A stretch of DNA of 59,208 bases, filler included, from 5 parts of 5 records of this genome joined end to end with filler, not necessarily neighbours in it, one strand, 5' to 3'; numbered from the whole stretch's first letter, positions 31,573-42,458 are shown. Program-made: numbers and translations. The notes: generated from the sequence alone by a model not told the origin.

Positions 31573-31887
31573 GGGGTATCCTCTGGCTGTTAAAGGCGAA
31601 TAACTGTCCTGACCGCGACCTTATGCGCGCGCTTTGCAAAGGGTCAAGAATCTTGGTCTGCATTTTGAACAACAAGGTGATCTGCGCCGTTTTTTCAGTC
31701 TTGCGTGATTCGGCCGCCATCACCCATCCTTGCAGTTACCAGTGCGCCGGAATCCCTGACCATGTGGCGACGTTGTCGGACGCCTCTTGTACCTTTTCCC
31801 CAACCTTGGATATGGGCATCCCGAAAAACGCGCAGTAAAGTCCGCGAACATCAGTACGCCCGAACCCCTTTTCCGGAAAGGCACGAC

Positions 31888-33483
31888 ATGAACCTCAGCC
31901 ATGACCCTTTATATGCCTCGCGGCGCTCGCCCGTTCTGGCCGACAATGTCGTCTCAACCTCGCATCCTCTGGCCGCCCAGGCCGGTCTTTTGATGCTGGC
32001 AAAGGGCGGCAATGCCGTGGATGCGGCCATCGCCACAGCGGCGACGCTGACCGTGGTTGAACCCACCGGCAACGGCCTTGGGTCGGATGCGTTCTGCATT
32101 CTTTGGGATGGGTCGGAATTGCACGGTCTGAATGCCTCCGGTCCATCTCCCATGGGATGGACGCCCGAACGCTTTGCCGGGCTGGACAAGATGTCGTTTC
32201 GCGGCTGGGAAAGCGTGACCGTCCCAGGTGCAGTCAGTGCCTGGGCCGCATTGTCCGAACGGTTTGGCAAGCTCGACTTTTCCACCTTGCTGGAACCGGC
32301 GGTTGGCTATGCGACGCATGGTTTTCCCGTGTCCCCAGTTATTGGCAAACTATGGCAGATCGGGTCCAATACCCTGCGCGATCAACCAGGATTTGCGCAG
32401 AACTTTATGCCGAACGGGCGTGCGCCCCGGGCAGGCGAACGCTTTGCCAACCCGGCGATGGCGGCAAGCCTGACGCGGATCGCCGAAACCAATGGCCGCG
32501 ATTTTTACGAAGGCACGCTGGCCACAAAGATCGCCGCATATGCCCGCGAACATGGTGCCGCGCTGAACGAAGCCGATCTGGCCGCTTACAGTCCCGAATG
32601 GTGCGGGACGATTTCCATGGGGTTTGACGACGTCGCCCTGCACGAGATCCCACCAAACGGTCAGGGCATCGCCGCGCTGATGGCACTGGGCATGCTTGAC
32701 CACACCCCCATCCGCGGCTTTGGCCCCGATGATCCTCAGGCCCTGCATCTGCAGATCGAGGCGGTCAAGCTCGCTTTTGCCGACCTCTACGCCTATGTCG
32801 CCGACGGGTCCCATATGCAAACCGTGACTCCGCAGGCGCTGCTTGATCCAGATTACCTCAGATCCCGCGCCGCGCTCATCCGGTCGGATCTGGCGCAGGA
32901 TTTTGGCTCTGGCGTGCCCAAGAATGGCGGCACGGTGTACCTTAGTACCGCTGACAGCAGCGGCATGATGGTGTCCTTTATTCAGTCGAACTATGCGGGC
33001 TTTGGTTCTGGCGTTGTGGTGCCCGAGACGGGGATCAGCCTGCAAAACCGTGGTGCCGGCTTTTCTCTGAAGCCGGGGCACCCTAACATTGTGGCGCCGG
33101 GCAAACGGCCCTTTCACACCATCATCCCCGGTTTCCTGATGAAACACGGTGCCCCCTTGATGAGCTTTGGTGTCATGGGTGGACCGATGCAGGCGCAAGG
33201 ACACGTGGTGATGACACTGCGCACGCAGCTTTGGGGTCAGGATGTGCAAACCGCCGTAGATGCACCGCGCTGGCGGTTCACTCAAGGTCTTGAGGTTGCG
33301 GTCGAAACCGCGATGACAACCGAAACCCGCGACTGTCTGAGCGGTCTTGGCCACGCCATTGTAGTCGAAGCGCCGGACAGCGCCTTTGGCTTTGGCGGCG
33401 CGCAACTGGTGCACCGGCTTGAGGGCGGCGGATACGTTGCGGGATCTGATCCCCGCAAGGATGGGCAGGCGGTGGGGTTCTAA
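31888..33483 (+). CDS. Gamma-glutamyltransferase family Ntn-hydrolase (HpxW/oxamate amidohydrolase-like)
   Basis: GGNAVDAAIA, GTVY autocleavage Thr, SLQNRG, KRPFHTIIP, GVMGG, SDPRKDG. Confidence 0.88.
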   Translation: MNLSHDPLYASRRSPVLADNVVSTSHPLAAQAGLLMLAKGGNAVDAAIATAATLTVVEPTGNGLGSDAFCILWDGSELHGLNASGPSPMGWTPERFAGLDKMSFRGWESVTVPGAVSAWAALSERFGKLDFSTLLEPAVGYATHGFPVSPVIGKLWQIGSNTLRDQPGFAQNFMPNGRAPRAGERFANPAMAASLTRIAETNGRDFYEGTLATKIAAYAREHGAALNEADLAAYSPEWCGTISMGFDDVALHEIPPNGQGIAALMALGMLDHTPIRGFGPDDPQALHLQIEAVKLAFADLYAYVADGSHMQTVTPQALLDPDYLRSRAALIRSDLAQDFGSGVPKNGGTVYLSTADSSGMMVSFIQSNYAGFGSGVVVPETGISLQNRGAGFSLKPGHPNIVAPGKRPFHTIIPGFLMKHGAPLMSFGVMGGPMQAQGHVVMTLRTQLWGQDVQTAVDAPRWRFTQGLEVAVETAMTTETRDCLSGLGHAIVVEAPDSAFGFGGAQLVHRLEGGGYVAGSDPRKDGQAVGF

Positions 33484-33574
33484 GGACCCTATGCACCGAA
33501 AACCGCTTTGAGTGAGAAAAATGTCGGGCAGCCGCCACATGGCGCCTGCCCTTTGGGTACAGACAAGCGCCAGA

Positions 33575-34864
33575 TTACGCCCCAGCCACACGCCAGATCA
33601 CGTCACCCACATCGTCCGCCATCAGCAACGATTTTCCGTCCGGGCCGATTGTGACCCCCACAGGACGTCCATAGGAAACCTTTTCATCCTCAGAAAGGAA
33701 CCCCCACAGGATGTCACGCGGAACACCTGAAGGCTTACCATCAGCAAAGGGTACAAAGATCAGTTTGTAACCGCTGAGGATCGAACGGTTCCAGGAACCG
33801 TGCTGCCCGATTACCATGCCACTGCCGAACCCCGGCAGCGTGCCTTCTGGCATCCAGCACAACCCAAGCGACGCCGTATGCCCGCCAAGCGCATAATCCG
33901 GCGTGATCGCCCGTGATACCAGATCGGTATCCTGTTCGACCCGGTCATCCACCACTTTGCCCCAATAGCAGTAGGGCCAGCCGTAAAATCCGCCGTCCTG
34001 TACAGAGGTCAGATAATCCGGCGGCGTCTCATCCCCCAGGCCGTCGCGTTCGTTCACCACGGTCCACAGTTTGCCTGTCACAGGCTCCCACGCCGTACCG
34101 ACCGCATTGCGCAGCCCCGATGCAAAGATGCGTGCCTTTTCGGACGCCAGATCCAGTTCCCAGATCGCGGCTCGGCCTTCTTCGACCTCCAGCCCGTTGT
34201 CGCCGATGTTGGACAGCGACCCGACCCCGGCATAGATTTTGGTACCGTCGGGCGAGACGATCAGACTGCGCGTCCAATGTCCGCCGGGCTTGAAATCAAC
34301 CAGCTTGCGCCCCGGACCGGTAAGGCTTGTCGCACCTGAATCGTACGGAAAGGCGACGATGCCGTCTGTGTTGCCGACATAGAAAGTGTCCCCCACTAGC
34401 GCCATACCAAAGGGCTGATTCTGACCCTCAAGGAAAACCTCACGCACTTCGGCCACGCCGTCGCCGTCAGGGTCACGCCACAGACTGATACGATTGGCGC
34501 TGACGCCGATCGCCTTGGCACGCTTCATCGTTGCCTGGGTTGCGCGGTCCATCAGGCTTTTCGGGGGGGTGGCTGTCTGCAACGCCTCGGCAACCAGAAC
34601 GTCACCGTTTGGCAGAACCTCGATCCAGCGCGGATGTTTCAGATTACTGGCAAAGGCGTTGACCTTTAACCCCTGCGCTGCTGTCGGCGTGTGTCCCGGT
34701 TCCCAACCTTTGGCCGTCGGCATCTTCAGCGTCATGATACCCTGTTTTTTCGCCTCGGGTATGGTCGGCGTCAGCCCAACGGCCTGCACGGCGGGTGCGC
34801 TCATCCGTCTTAGCATGACCATTATGCCGCCCACGATGGCCGTCGCGCGTGCGATGAAATCCAT
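33575..34864 (-). CDS. Sorbosone dehydrogenase / PQQ-dependent sugar dehydrogenase family
   Basis: HPRW, HWTR, GLRN, VNERDGLGD, HGSWNR, GRPVGV, DDVG. Confidence 0.85.
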   Translation of the reverse strand: MDFIARATAIVGGIMVMLRRMSAPAVQAVGLTPTIPEAKKQGIMTLKMPTAKGWEPGHTPTAAQGLKVNAFASNLKHPRWIEVLPNGDVLVAEALQTATPPKSLMDRATQATMKRAKAIGVSANRISLWRDPDGDGVAEVREVFLEGQNQPFGMALVGDTFYVGNTDGIVAFPYDSGATSLTGPGRKLVDFKPGGHWTRSLIVSPDGTKIYAGVGSLSNIGDNGLEVEEGRAAIWELDLASEKARIFASGLRNAVGTAWEPVTGKLWTVVNERDGLGDETPPDYLTSVQDGGFYGWPYCYWGKVVDDRVEQDTDLVSRAITPDYALGGHTASLGLCWMPEGTLPGFGSGMVIGQHGSWNRSILSGYKLIFVPFADGKPSGVPRDILWGFLSEDEKVSYGRPVGVTIGPDGKSLLMADDVGDVIWRVAGA

Positions 34865-35127
34865 GATATATCCCCATGATTATTCGCACGCAGCATAGTG
34901 GCTGTCAGCAGATGATCAACGTGGGATCGGCGGGCAGCAGACGCACACCGTTAAAGAAAAACCGCCAACCACGACAGGTTGCGCCATGTACCTTGGCTGA
35001 ATGGCATTCGACTTTGTCAGGTTGCCCGCGGCCGCCATTTCCGGACTGCGGACGTAGGGATAGCGAGATCAGCGGAACAATGGCCGACACGGTCGACCAA
35101 ATCGGCTCTGTAGCAGGTCGGCGAGTT

Positions 35128-35697
35128 TTAGCGCAGGGCACCCCGGGCAATTTGTTCCGCCAATTGCAGCGTTGCCGACCCACGGGCCGTCGCGATCTGC
35201 GACGCGGTCGCCTTTTCCGGCAATGGAACCGTTATCGAAAAAACGCCGGCGCGTTCGCCGCCATCCTGCTCGGGCGCGACAAAGTACTGTCCCGAGAACA
35301 GGAACTGACCAGACTCGGTGGCGACCATTTCTTCTATTCTGACATCGACGCGGGCATCCGAAAACCCGCGAAACGGCCAGGGTTCCGGTGCTGCGGTCGC
35401 GCCGCTAATAGCGCCAAGGTCACGGGCCAGCCCCATCGTGATGGCGCGTGATGGTAGATCAGCCCAGAGCGGCCCCAGCGGTTCAATCGCGCCGTCCAAC
35501 TTTTGCAGATAAATCTCTTCGGCCCCGGCATAAGTCGGCAGCGTGACCTCGATCACCTCCAGGCTGCGATAGCGCGTTGCAACCTTGATCGAGGGTTGCA
35601 CTGCGGGTGTGGCATAACGGATTTCGCTGGCTGTACACCCCGCAACAGTCAACGTGACCGCCACGATCATAGCTTTCGAAAGGATGTGAGTCTTCAT
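35128..35697 (-). CDS. pqiC: PqiC-like outer-membrane lipoprotein
   Basis: Lipobox VAGC, VTLPTYA, WADLP; follows pqiB. Confidence 0.8.
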   Translation of the reverse strand: MKTHILSKAMIVAVTLTVAGCTASEIRYATPAVQPSIKVATRYRSLEVIEVTLPTYAGAEEIYLQKLDGAIEPLGPLWADLPSRAITMGLARDLGAISGATAAPEPWPFRGFSDARVDVRIEEMVATESGQFLFSGQYFVAPEQDGGERAGVFSITVPLPEKATASQIATARGSATLQLAEQIARGALR

Positions 35698-35701
35698 TCA
35701 A

Positions 35702-38176
35702 TTACCGTCCCAGGATCAGCGAATTCGGATTGCGTTCGATTGTCCGCGCAAGGCGTTCAATCGCTTCTGCGGCAGATTGTATCCGCCGGATCGTGCTCCG
35801 CGTTTCGCGGGTAAAGCTTGAATCCTCAGCATAGGCCGAGAGGGTCGCAACAGCCTGCGTCGCCACCGCGCGAAGATCCGACGCAAGTTGCGGCAATGTC
35901 GACGAGGCCCTGGCAATGGCATCCGCCGCGTCGCGCGCCGATGACAGTGTGGCGTTTGCATTGTTCACCAGACCACCGTCCTGCAATTCGCGCAGAACGG
36001 AACTCACTTCGGCAAGCGCGACATTCAGTGAACCCGGCAAGGCGCGGGTGCTGTCCTGATCCACCAGCGCATTTGCCGAGGCCAGCAGTTGCGTCGCTTT
36101 CTCTGACAGCTTGTCGAGCGGTATCTTGTTGGCATTTTCCACAATACCACGTGCCTCTTCGACCAGCGACGGCAGACCCTCGGCCGCCTTTGCGACGTCA
36201 CCAACGGCCGCAGTCAGCTTGCCAATAGTGCCTTGGGTTTCAAATTCGCGCAGCAGTCGGCCAAGCGTGTCCGAGCTATCCTGCAACCCGGTCAGCAGTT
36301 CGGTCACTCGGGTCGGCAGGGCCTGTACATCGGCACCGGTCGTCACCTCGCGCAGGGCCGACAGAACCTGGCGCAGCTCGACCGGAACTGCCTGTACATC
36401 GGTGCTGTTGATCAGCGTGTCTGCATCAGTCAGCAGCGATTCCGCCGAGGCCAGAAGATCCGTCACGTTCTGTGACAGTTCGTCCAACGGCACTTGCTGC
36501 GCTTTGGCAAGAACGGCGCGGATATCAGCCACCAGATCAGGCAGAGTTTCGGACGCCGTCCCCACATTGCCGATGGCGGTGGTTAGCTTGCCCGCCGCAT
36601 CCTGATCTTCCAGTTCCGAAATCACCCGGTTCAGTGTTTCGCCGGTATCCTGCAGATTGCTCAGCAAAGTGCTGACCTGCGCCGGCAATCCCTGAACGCC
36701 ATCGCTTTCGGCGACGACGCGCACGGCGCTTAGCAATCCGGTCAACTCGGCCGGGGCCTTTTGCAATCCCTCGCTGCCGATCAGGGCAGTGGCATTGTCC
36801 AGGAAATTGGTGATGGATTCCATTACCTCTTCGATCGGAAGGTCATTGACGCGCTGCAGCACCCCCTGCGCGGTCGCCCCGACATCGGTCACATCGGCTT
36901 TGTCTGTCGGAATTCGCGGCATGGGTTCAGCCGTGCGGTCCAGCGTGGCGGCTGGCGCGCCGGGCACATCCACCAGTTCAACCTTTAGACCACCGGTAAA
37001 GATCGATGCGTTGGTCAAACGGGCGCGCATGCCTTCATCAATACGCGTGGACAGATAGTCCAAAAGTTGCTTTTCGCCCGCATCCTGCCCCAAACCAATG
37101 CGGCCCGGATTGATGCGCGCGGTCGCGATCAGCCGTGCATCGTTGTCGCCAAATCGTTCGCGATCCACGATCCCGTTAATCCCGGTGATTTCACCGACCT
37201 TCAGCCCGCCAAGTTCAACCGGTGACCCAGGGGCAAGACCCGCTAGATTTTGTTCAAATATCATCGACACGTTCACTGCCTGCCCCTCGCCATCAACAAG
37301 GAAATCGTCACGTGCGGTGCTTTCATCGGCAAACAGGTCAAACGTCGCACCTTTGGCTAGCGGCGTGCCGCCCGACCCAACTTCGGCAAAGGTGACCCCG
37401 CCGGAAATCAGCGAAGCAAGGGACGAGAAGTTCAAGTGTGCCCCATTTGCACCCAGGGAAAAACTGAAGCCCGAAATATCCCAGAAACGGGTCGAACTGG
37501 TCACGAAACTGCTGAACGGTTTGTAAATCACCGCTTCGGCGGACACGGCTGTGCCGTCGTCATTGACGGTGGTGTTACCGACAAGCCCGACATCGACCCC
37601 TTTGTATAGGATCGGCGTGCCGGACCCGGGCAGCCCCTTGTCAGACCGAAGGGTAAAGGTGATGCCGTCGCGGCCCAAACCGATCAGCGGCGCCTCTTTA
37701 AGGCCATCGAATTCATTATGAAACACGCCCGGTTTACTGTCCCAGGCCCCTTGGATGTATACGCCCGAAAGCACCGTATCCAGCCCAGATACGCCCCGCG
37801 CGCTGACCTCGGGCCGCACGACCCAGAACACCGAACCCTCATCGATGTAAGGCGCCAGTTCCTTTTCCACCCGGATAGAGGCAACGACCTCTGTCAGATC
37901 CTTGTTGAAACCCAGTTCTTCCACCGAACCGATGCTGATGTCGCGGTAACGCAACTGCGTTTCCCCCGCCCGAATTCCGGAGGCATCTTCGAACGACACT
38001 TTGATCATCGGGCCCTGTGCGTTGTAATTGCGCCAGGCTGCCCCTAGCGCGATAACAAGGGCCAGAATGGGAATAAGCCATATGATCGATGAACTGTCCC
38101 AGAATGATTTCCGGCCGACTTCTATCGGGACGGTCCCGGGTCCGGCAGTGTTCGTATCATTGGAAGAGTCAGTCAC
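35702..38176 (-). CDS. pqiB: PqiB family multi-MCE lipid transport protein with extended helical region
   Basis: IWLIPILA TM, three MCE-like domains (FWVVRP, FWDISG, GLAPGSPVELGG), C-terminal ERNPNSLILGR. Confidence 0.9.
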   Translation of the reverse strand: MTDSSNDTNTAGPGTVPIEVGRKSFWDSSSIIWLIPILALVIALGAAWRNYNAQGPMIKVSFEDASGIRAGETQLRYRDISIGSVEELGFNKDLTEVVASIRVEKELAPYIDEGSVFWVVRPEVSARGVSGLDTVLSGVYIQGAWDSKPGVFHNEFDGLKEAPLIGLGRDGITFTLRSDKGLPGSGTPILYKGVDVGLVGNTTVNDDGTAVSAEAVIYKPFSSFVTSSTRFWDISGFSFSLGANGAHLNFSSLASLISGGVTFAEVGSGGTPLAKGATFDLFADESTARDDFLVDGEGQAVNVSMIFEQNLAGLAPGSPVELGGLKVGEITGINGIVDRERFGDNDARLIATARINPGRIGLGQDAGEKQLLDYLSTRIDEGMRARLTNASIFTGGLKVELVDVPGAPAATLDRTAEPMPRIPTDKADVTDVGATAQGVLQRVNDLPIEEVMESITNFLDNATALIGSEGLQKAPAELTGLLSAVRVVAESDGVQGLPAQVSTLLSNLQDTGETLNRVISELEDQDAAGKLTTAIGNVGTASETLPDLVADIRAVLAKAQQVPLDELSQNVTDLLASAESLLTDADTLINSTDVQAVPVELRQVLSALREVTTGADVQALPTRVTELLTGLQDSSDTLGRLLREFETQGTIGKLTAAVGDVAKAAEGLPSLVEEARGIVENANKIPLDKLSEKATQLLASANALVDQDSTRALPGSLNVALAEVSSVLRELQDGGLVNNANATLSSARDAADAIARASSTLPQLASDLRAVATQAVATLSAYAEDSSFTRETRSTIRRIQSAAEAIERLARTIERNPNSLILGR

Positions 38177-38850
38177 GTGGTTTCATTCCTTTGGTCTTTG
38201 GCATCTGATACACGCCCCACAGATTTGGCAGGGGCATCCCAGAATAGACGCGTATCAAACGCCTGTGCCGACAACATGGTAAAAATCACGGAAAGCGCAA
38301 AAGTCAACGCGGCCGACCCCGGATGGATTGACGCAACCACCGACAATTGAACCAGTGAACTGAGAATTGCCACCACAAAGACGTCGACCATGGACCAACG
38401 CCCGATAAATTCCACAATCTCGAACAGGTGGTGACGGCGGGCGGCCGAAATGCGCGACCCGCGTCGCACCGATAGGGCCAGATAGGCGATTGCTATGAAT
38501 TTACCTACCGGAATCAGCACGCTGGCCACTAGAATAACAAGCGCGACTCCGATCGAGCCGTGATGAACAAGCTCTACCACACCGCCGATGATCGTGCTTT
38601 TTGAATTGCTCATCAGTGTCTTTGTGATCAGCATCGGATTGAGGTTCGCCGGAATGTAGCAGATCAGCCCAGCCAACCAAAGCGCCCAAACCCGTTTCAA
38701 GCTACCGGTGTCACGGGACCGCAGATGGCTGCCGCAGCGGCCACACCGCACGGTTTCCATCGGCCACACCCGTCCGCAGCGGCGACAGGCGACTAGCCCC
38801 GCCTCACGTGCGGTCAAGCCGTTTTGTGATCCAGTTCCAGTGATTTCCAT
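38173..38850 (-). CDS. pqiA: Paraquat-inducible protein A (second half of split PqiA)
   Basis: CRRC...CGRC zinc-ribbon, YIPAN, GRWSMVDVF; start codon uncertain. Confidence 0.88.
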   Translation of the reverse strand: MEITGTGSQNGLTAREAGLVACRRCGRVWPMETVRCGRCGSHLRSRDTGSLKRVWALWLAGLICYIPANLNPMLITKTLMSNSKSTIIGGVVELVHHGSIGVALVILVASVLIPVGKFIAIAYLALSVRRGSRISAARRHHLFEIVEFIGRWSMVDVFVVAILSSLVQLSVVASIHPGSAALTFALSVIFTMLSAQAFDTRLFWDAPAKSVGRVSDAKDQRNETT

Positions 38851-39509
38851 ACCGACCATGTACACATGTAATTATCGTTGAAGATGACGATGACAACCAG
38901 AACGGCGAACATCCAGAAGGCGGGCCCAAACCCGATATGTGCAAGATCGGCAATCTTGACCAACGCCACGGCGCACCCGATGGCAAAGATTTCGGCCATA
39001 GCCCATGGCTTTAACTGCTGCGTAAGACGAAAGGCGTGTTTGGCATGGGCATAGGGCAGACGGTTTCTCACGACAGGTATCAGCACATAGAGGATCAGCA
39101 GCGTGCGGATCAAGGGTATCACCACGATCATCCCAGCCACGGCCAGCGCCAGTAGAATCATCGGCCCTGACTCAAAGCTTGTCGCTGCATCGAGGATCGT
39201 AGTCTCGTTCCCGAACCCTGCCGCCCGGATCGTAAGAAACGGGAAAAACATCGCCGCAGCAACAAGGATGATAACCGCCGTAGTCAGTGCAATAATCTTT
39301 ATGCCCGCTTTGCGCTTGGGAGCAATAAGAACGGTGTGACAGCGACTGCAAACCGCGCGTTCACCAACCGTCGGCATCTGGGCAACATAAAGCGCATCGC
39401 ACTGCGGACAGGCAATCAGCGAGTCGAGAGGCATACCGCCCATCACAGATGTGCGCAGTAGGTCCATCTCATTTCTGATTGTGTCGTTCATGGTGGCGCA
39501 CCGGTTCAT
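38814..39509 (-). CDS. pqiA: Paraquat-inducible protein A (first half of split PqiA)
   Basis: CPQCD...CSRC, PWAMAEIF, VALVK. Confidence 0.88.
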   Translation of the reverse strand: MNRCATMNDTIRNEMDLLRTSVMGGMPLDSLIACPQCDALYVAQMPTVGERAVCSRCHTVLIAPKRKAGIKIIALTTAVIILVAAAMFFPFLTIRAAGFGNETTILDAATSFESGPMILLALAVAGMIVVIPLIRTLLILYVLIPVVRNRLPYAHAKHAFRLTQQLKPWAMAEIFAIGCAVALVKIADLAHIGFGPAFWMFAVLVVIVIFNDNYMCTWSVWKSLELDHKTA

Positions 39510-39729
39510 TTCGCATTCGCGCCCCTGTCATGGGCACCCAAACATACTTATCGTGTTCCGGCCTGAAAGGTAACAGGTAGTTTTAGGCGTCCCTAGGCCG
39601 GTACAGGTGGCACCAGCCTGCCATTCTGGGCCGGTAAGTCGAAAAGGGTTGATATTGCCCAGGTCCATCTCGACGGGCGCGGCCCTAAGGTAGATCGGAA
39701 TTTATCCCCTCGTGCCGCCGGACGTCAAA

Positions 39730-40611
39730 TTACACCGGCACCTCAGCCATCAACCATTTGCGGAACGCATCAATTTCCTCTCGTCCGTCGGCGGCGTTAC
39801 GCGTGACGAGGTAGTAAGCCTCCCGAATCGGCAGTCGATACTCAAATGGCGCAATCAGGTCTCCGCGCTCCAGGAACGGCCGGGAAAAGCTTTCGTGGAT
39901 CAACGCAGATCCGAAACCAGCCACAATCGTCTGCAGCGCAATGAGCGATGAGTCAGCCTTCAGCCAGATTGGCGGCTCGGCAAAATTCAAATCAAAACTG
40001 TCTGACAGGCGGCGCCATTCGACCTCGGACCCAAGCACGGGAACCACCCCCCCCGCCAGCACCGCATGAATACTCGGGTCCGGCCCGAAGGATTGGAAAT
40101 GGTCTGGATGACATACAACCGTGGCCACCTCTTCGCCCAGCTTCCAGATTTCCGATTCGTCCCAACGGCCTGTTCCATAACGGATGTCGATGTCGGTCGT
40201 TTCGTTGTCCATTCGGTCGGACCAGACGGCGGTGGACAGGGCAATCTCGATGTCGGGATAAAGATCATGAAAGGCTTTTAGCCGGGGCGCCAGGACAATT
40301 GCCGCATAGCTGATCGATGCGCGAATGCGCACCTTTCGCTTTCGGCGCACGGTAAAAAGTCCCTCGGTCGCCTCCTGGATCTCGGAAAAGGATTTTCGCA
40401 CCGGCAAGGCATAGGCCTGACCTATATCGGTCAACTCGACACCGCGCGGCAGCCGGCGAAACAACGGGATACCCAGATGCTGTTCAAGCAGGCGAATCTG
40501 CTGGCTGACCGCCGCCGGGGTCAGGTTCAGCTCGAACGCGGCATCGGAAAAGCTGCTGTGGCGCGCGGCAGCTTCGAAGGCTCTGAGCCATGTCACGTGG
40601 GGCAGTCGCAT
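39730..40611 (-). CDS. LysR family regulator, GcvA-like
   Basis: LRAFEAAARHSSFSDAAFELNLTPAAVSQQIR HTH; divergent from the GMC operon. Confidence 0.9.
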   Translation of the reverse strand: MRLPHVTWLRAFEAAARHSSFSDAAFELNLTPAAVSQQIRLLEQHLGIPLFRRLPRGVELTDIGQAYALPVRKSFSEIQEATEGLFTVRRKRKVRIRASISYAAIVLAPRLKAFHDLYPDIEIALSTAVWSDRMDNETTDIDIRYGTGRWDESEIWKLGEEVATVVCHPDHFQSFGPDPSIHAVLAGGVVPVLGSEVEWRRLSDSFDLNFAEPPIWLKADSSLIALQTIVAGFGSALIHESFSRPFLERGDLIAPFEYRLPIREAYYLVTRNAADGREEIDAFRKWLMAEVPV

Positions 40612-40799
40612 GGGATACCTTCCGGTCTTGCGCGCGCCGGACAATCGGCACCTGTCTGCCAACATCATGCAGAATGCAGAGATAAGGTGAAGGTCAGAAA
40701 CCGTCAAAATGAACGCCCCCAATGACGCAAGAACGGTTGTTTGTCACTTCCGCCCAACTCCGGTCACATCCGCCGGGCAGATTGGGGAACGGGCACGAC

Positions 40800-42458
40800 A
40801 TGAATCACGGCTCATATGATTACATCGTGGTCGGTGCAGGATCGGCCGGTTGCGCGCTGGTCGAGCGGCTGACCCGTGACGGTAAAACCCAGGTTCTGTT
40901 GCTCGAGGCGGGCGGCACTGACCGACGGTTCTGGATCAAGGTGCCCATCGGCTATGGCGTCAATTTTACCAATCCGCGCCTGAACTGGAGCTATCATGCA
41001 GAACCCGATGGAGGGCTGAACGGGCGCAGCGTCTACTGGCCACGTGGCAAGGTCATCGGTGGGTCGAGTTCGATCAACGCCATGGCCTATATGCGCGGGC
41101 TACCGCATGACTTTGACGACTGGGAAAATGCGGGAGCCGAGGGCTGGTCATGGAACTCTGTCCGCCCATCGTTTGAGCGTATGGAGCGTCACCTAGAGCG
41201 TGACGCCGACGGCAAACTGCGTGAACGGGGCGAAGGACTGTTGACCGTCAGCGATCTCAGCAAACAGATGAATCCGTTTTCCGCGCGGTTTCTTGCTGCT
41301 GCAGAAACCTGCGGCTGGGCCAGTTGTGATGACCTGAGCACGGTGACGCACGAGGCCGTTGGTTACTACCGCAGCACCGTACGCAATGGCCTGCGGTGTT
41401 CCGCGGCGGATGCCTTTTTGTCACCAGCACGACGCCGCGCCAACCTGCATATCGTGACGAACGCCATGGTCGAACGGGTCAATTTCGACGGGAAACGGGC
41501 CACCGGGCTGCGGTATCGCCTGGGCGACAAGGTGGTCGATGTCCGCGCTGGACGCGAAATTATCCTCTGCGCCGGTGCCGTCAATTCGCCCAAGCTGTTG
41601 CAACTTTCTGGCGTCGGACCTGCGCCCCTGCTGCGCGGGATGGGTCTTCCCGTGCAGGTCGATCTGCCAGAGGTTGGACAGGGGCTTCAGGATCATCTGG
41701 CCATTTCCCACTTGTTTCGCGCCACAACCCCAACCCTGAACAATATCCTTGGGCGCATTGTTCCCCGCCTCTTGGCCGGTATGCGCTATGTCACCACCCT
41801 GCGCGGACCTCTTGGGGTTCCGGTAAACCAGGTGGGCGGCTACATAAGGAGCCATGCGGATTGCACGCAGCCGGACATGCAGATTTATTGCAACCCGCTA
41901 TCCTATACCACCACTGCGGATGGGCAGCCGCTTCTGGATCGTGACCCTGGCTATCTGCTCAGTGCTCAGCTTTGTCGGCCGGACAGCTGCGGAGAAATCA
42001 ACATTAGGTCAGCCAATCCTGCGGATGCGCCGATAATCCGGCCCAATTCTTTGGCGACCGAACACGATCGCGAGGGCGCACGCCGCGCCATCAAGATCAT
42101 CGAACAGCTGGCTGCAGCCCCTGCCCTTGCCTATGTCACCAGCGAACGCCTCATGCCGCCCCCCGCGATCACGGATGCCGAAGCGTTGATGGAAGATTTC
42201 CGCGCGCGTGCCTCTACCGTCTTTCACCCGACCTCCACCTGCCGCATGGGGCGCGGACCCCGGGATTCCGTCTTGGATTCGCGGCTGCGGGTGCACGGGG
42301 TATCAGGCTTGCGGGTGGTGGACAGCTCTGCCTTTCCGGTGGTTACTTCCGGCAACACAAATGCGCCCACCATGATGCTGGCCACACGCGCCGCCGAGAT
42401 GATCATCGAGGACGCCGCGACCAATGACCATGAAAGGGTTCTGGCCCATGCAACTTGA
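40800..42458 (+). CDS. GMC family FAD oxidoreductase (choline dehydrogenase-like)
   Basis: GAGSAG, RGKVIGGSSSIN, FHPTSTCRMG, GNTNAP. Confidence 0.9.
   Translation: MNHGSYDYIVVGAGSAGCALVERLTRDGKTQVLLLEAGGTDRRFWIKVPIGYGVNFTNPRLNWSYHAEPDGGLNGRSVYWPRGKVIGGSSSINAMAYMRGLPHDFDDWENAGAEGWSWNSVRPSFERMERHLERDADGKLRERGEGLLTVSDLSKQMNPFSARFLAAAETCGWASCDDLSTVTHEAVGYYRSTVRNGLRCSAADAFLSPARRRANLHIVTNAMVERVNFDGKRATGLRYRLGDKVVDVRAGREIILCAGAVNSPKLLQLSGVGPAPLLRGMGLPVQVDLPEVGQGLQDHLAISHLFRATTPTLNNILGRIVPRLLAGMRYVTTLRGPLGVPVNQVGGYIRSHADCTQPDMQIYCNPLSYTTTADGQPLLDRDPGYLLSAQLCRPDSCGEINIRSANPADAPIIRPNSLATEHDREGARRAIKIIEQLAAAPALAYVTSERLMPPPAITDAEALMEDFRARASTVFHPTSTCRMGRGPRDSVLDSRLRVHGVSGLRVVDSSAFPVVTSGNTNAPTMMLATRAAEMIIEDAATNDHERVLAHAT

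Noticed and set aside
32350..33591. 413-aa antisense ORF over the GGT gene
   Set aside because: Shadow ORF caused by codon bias
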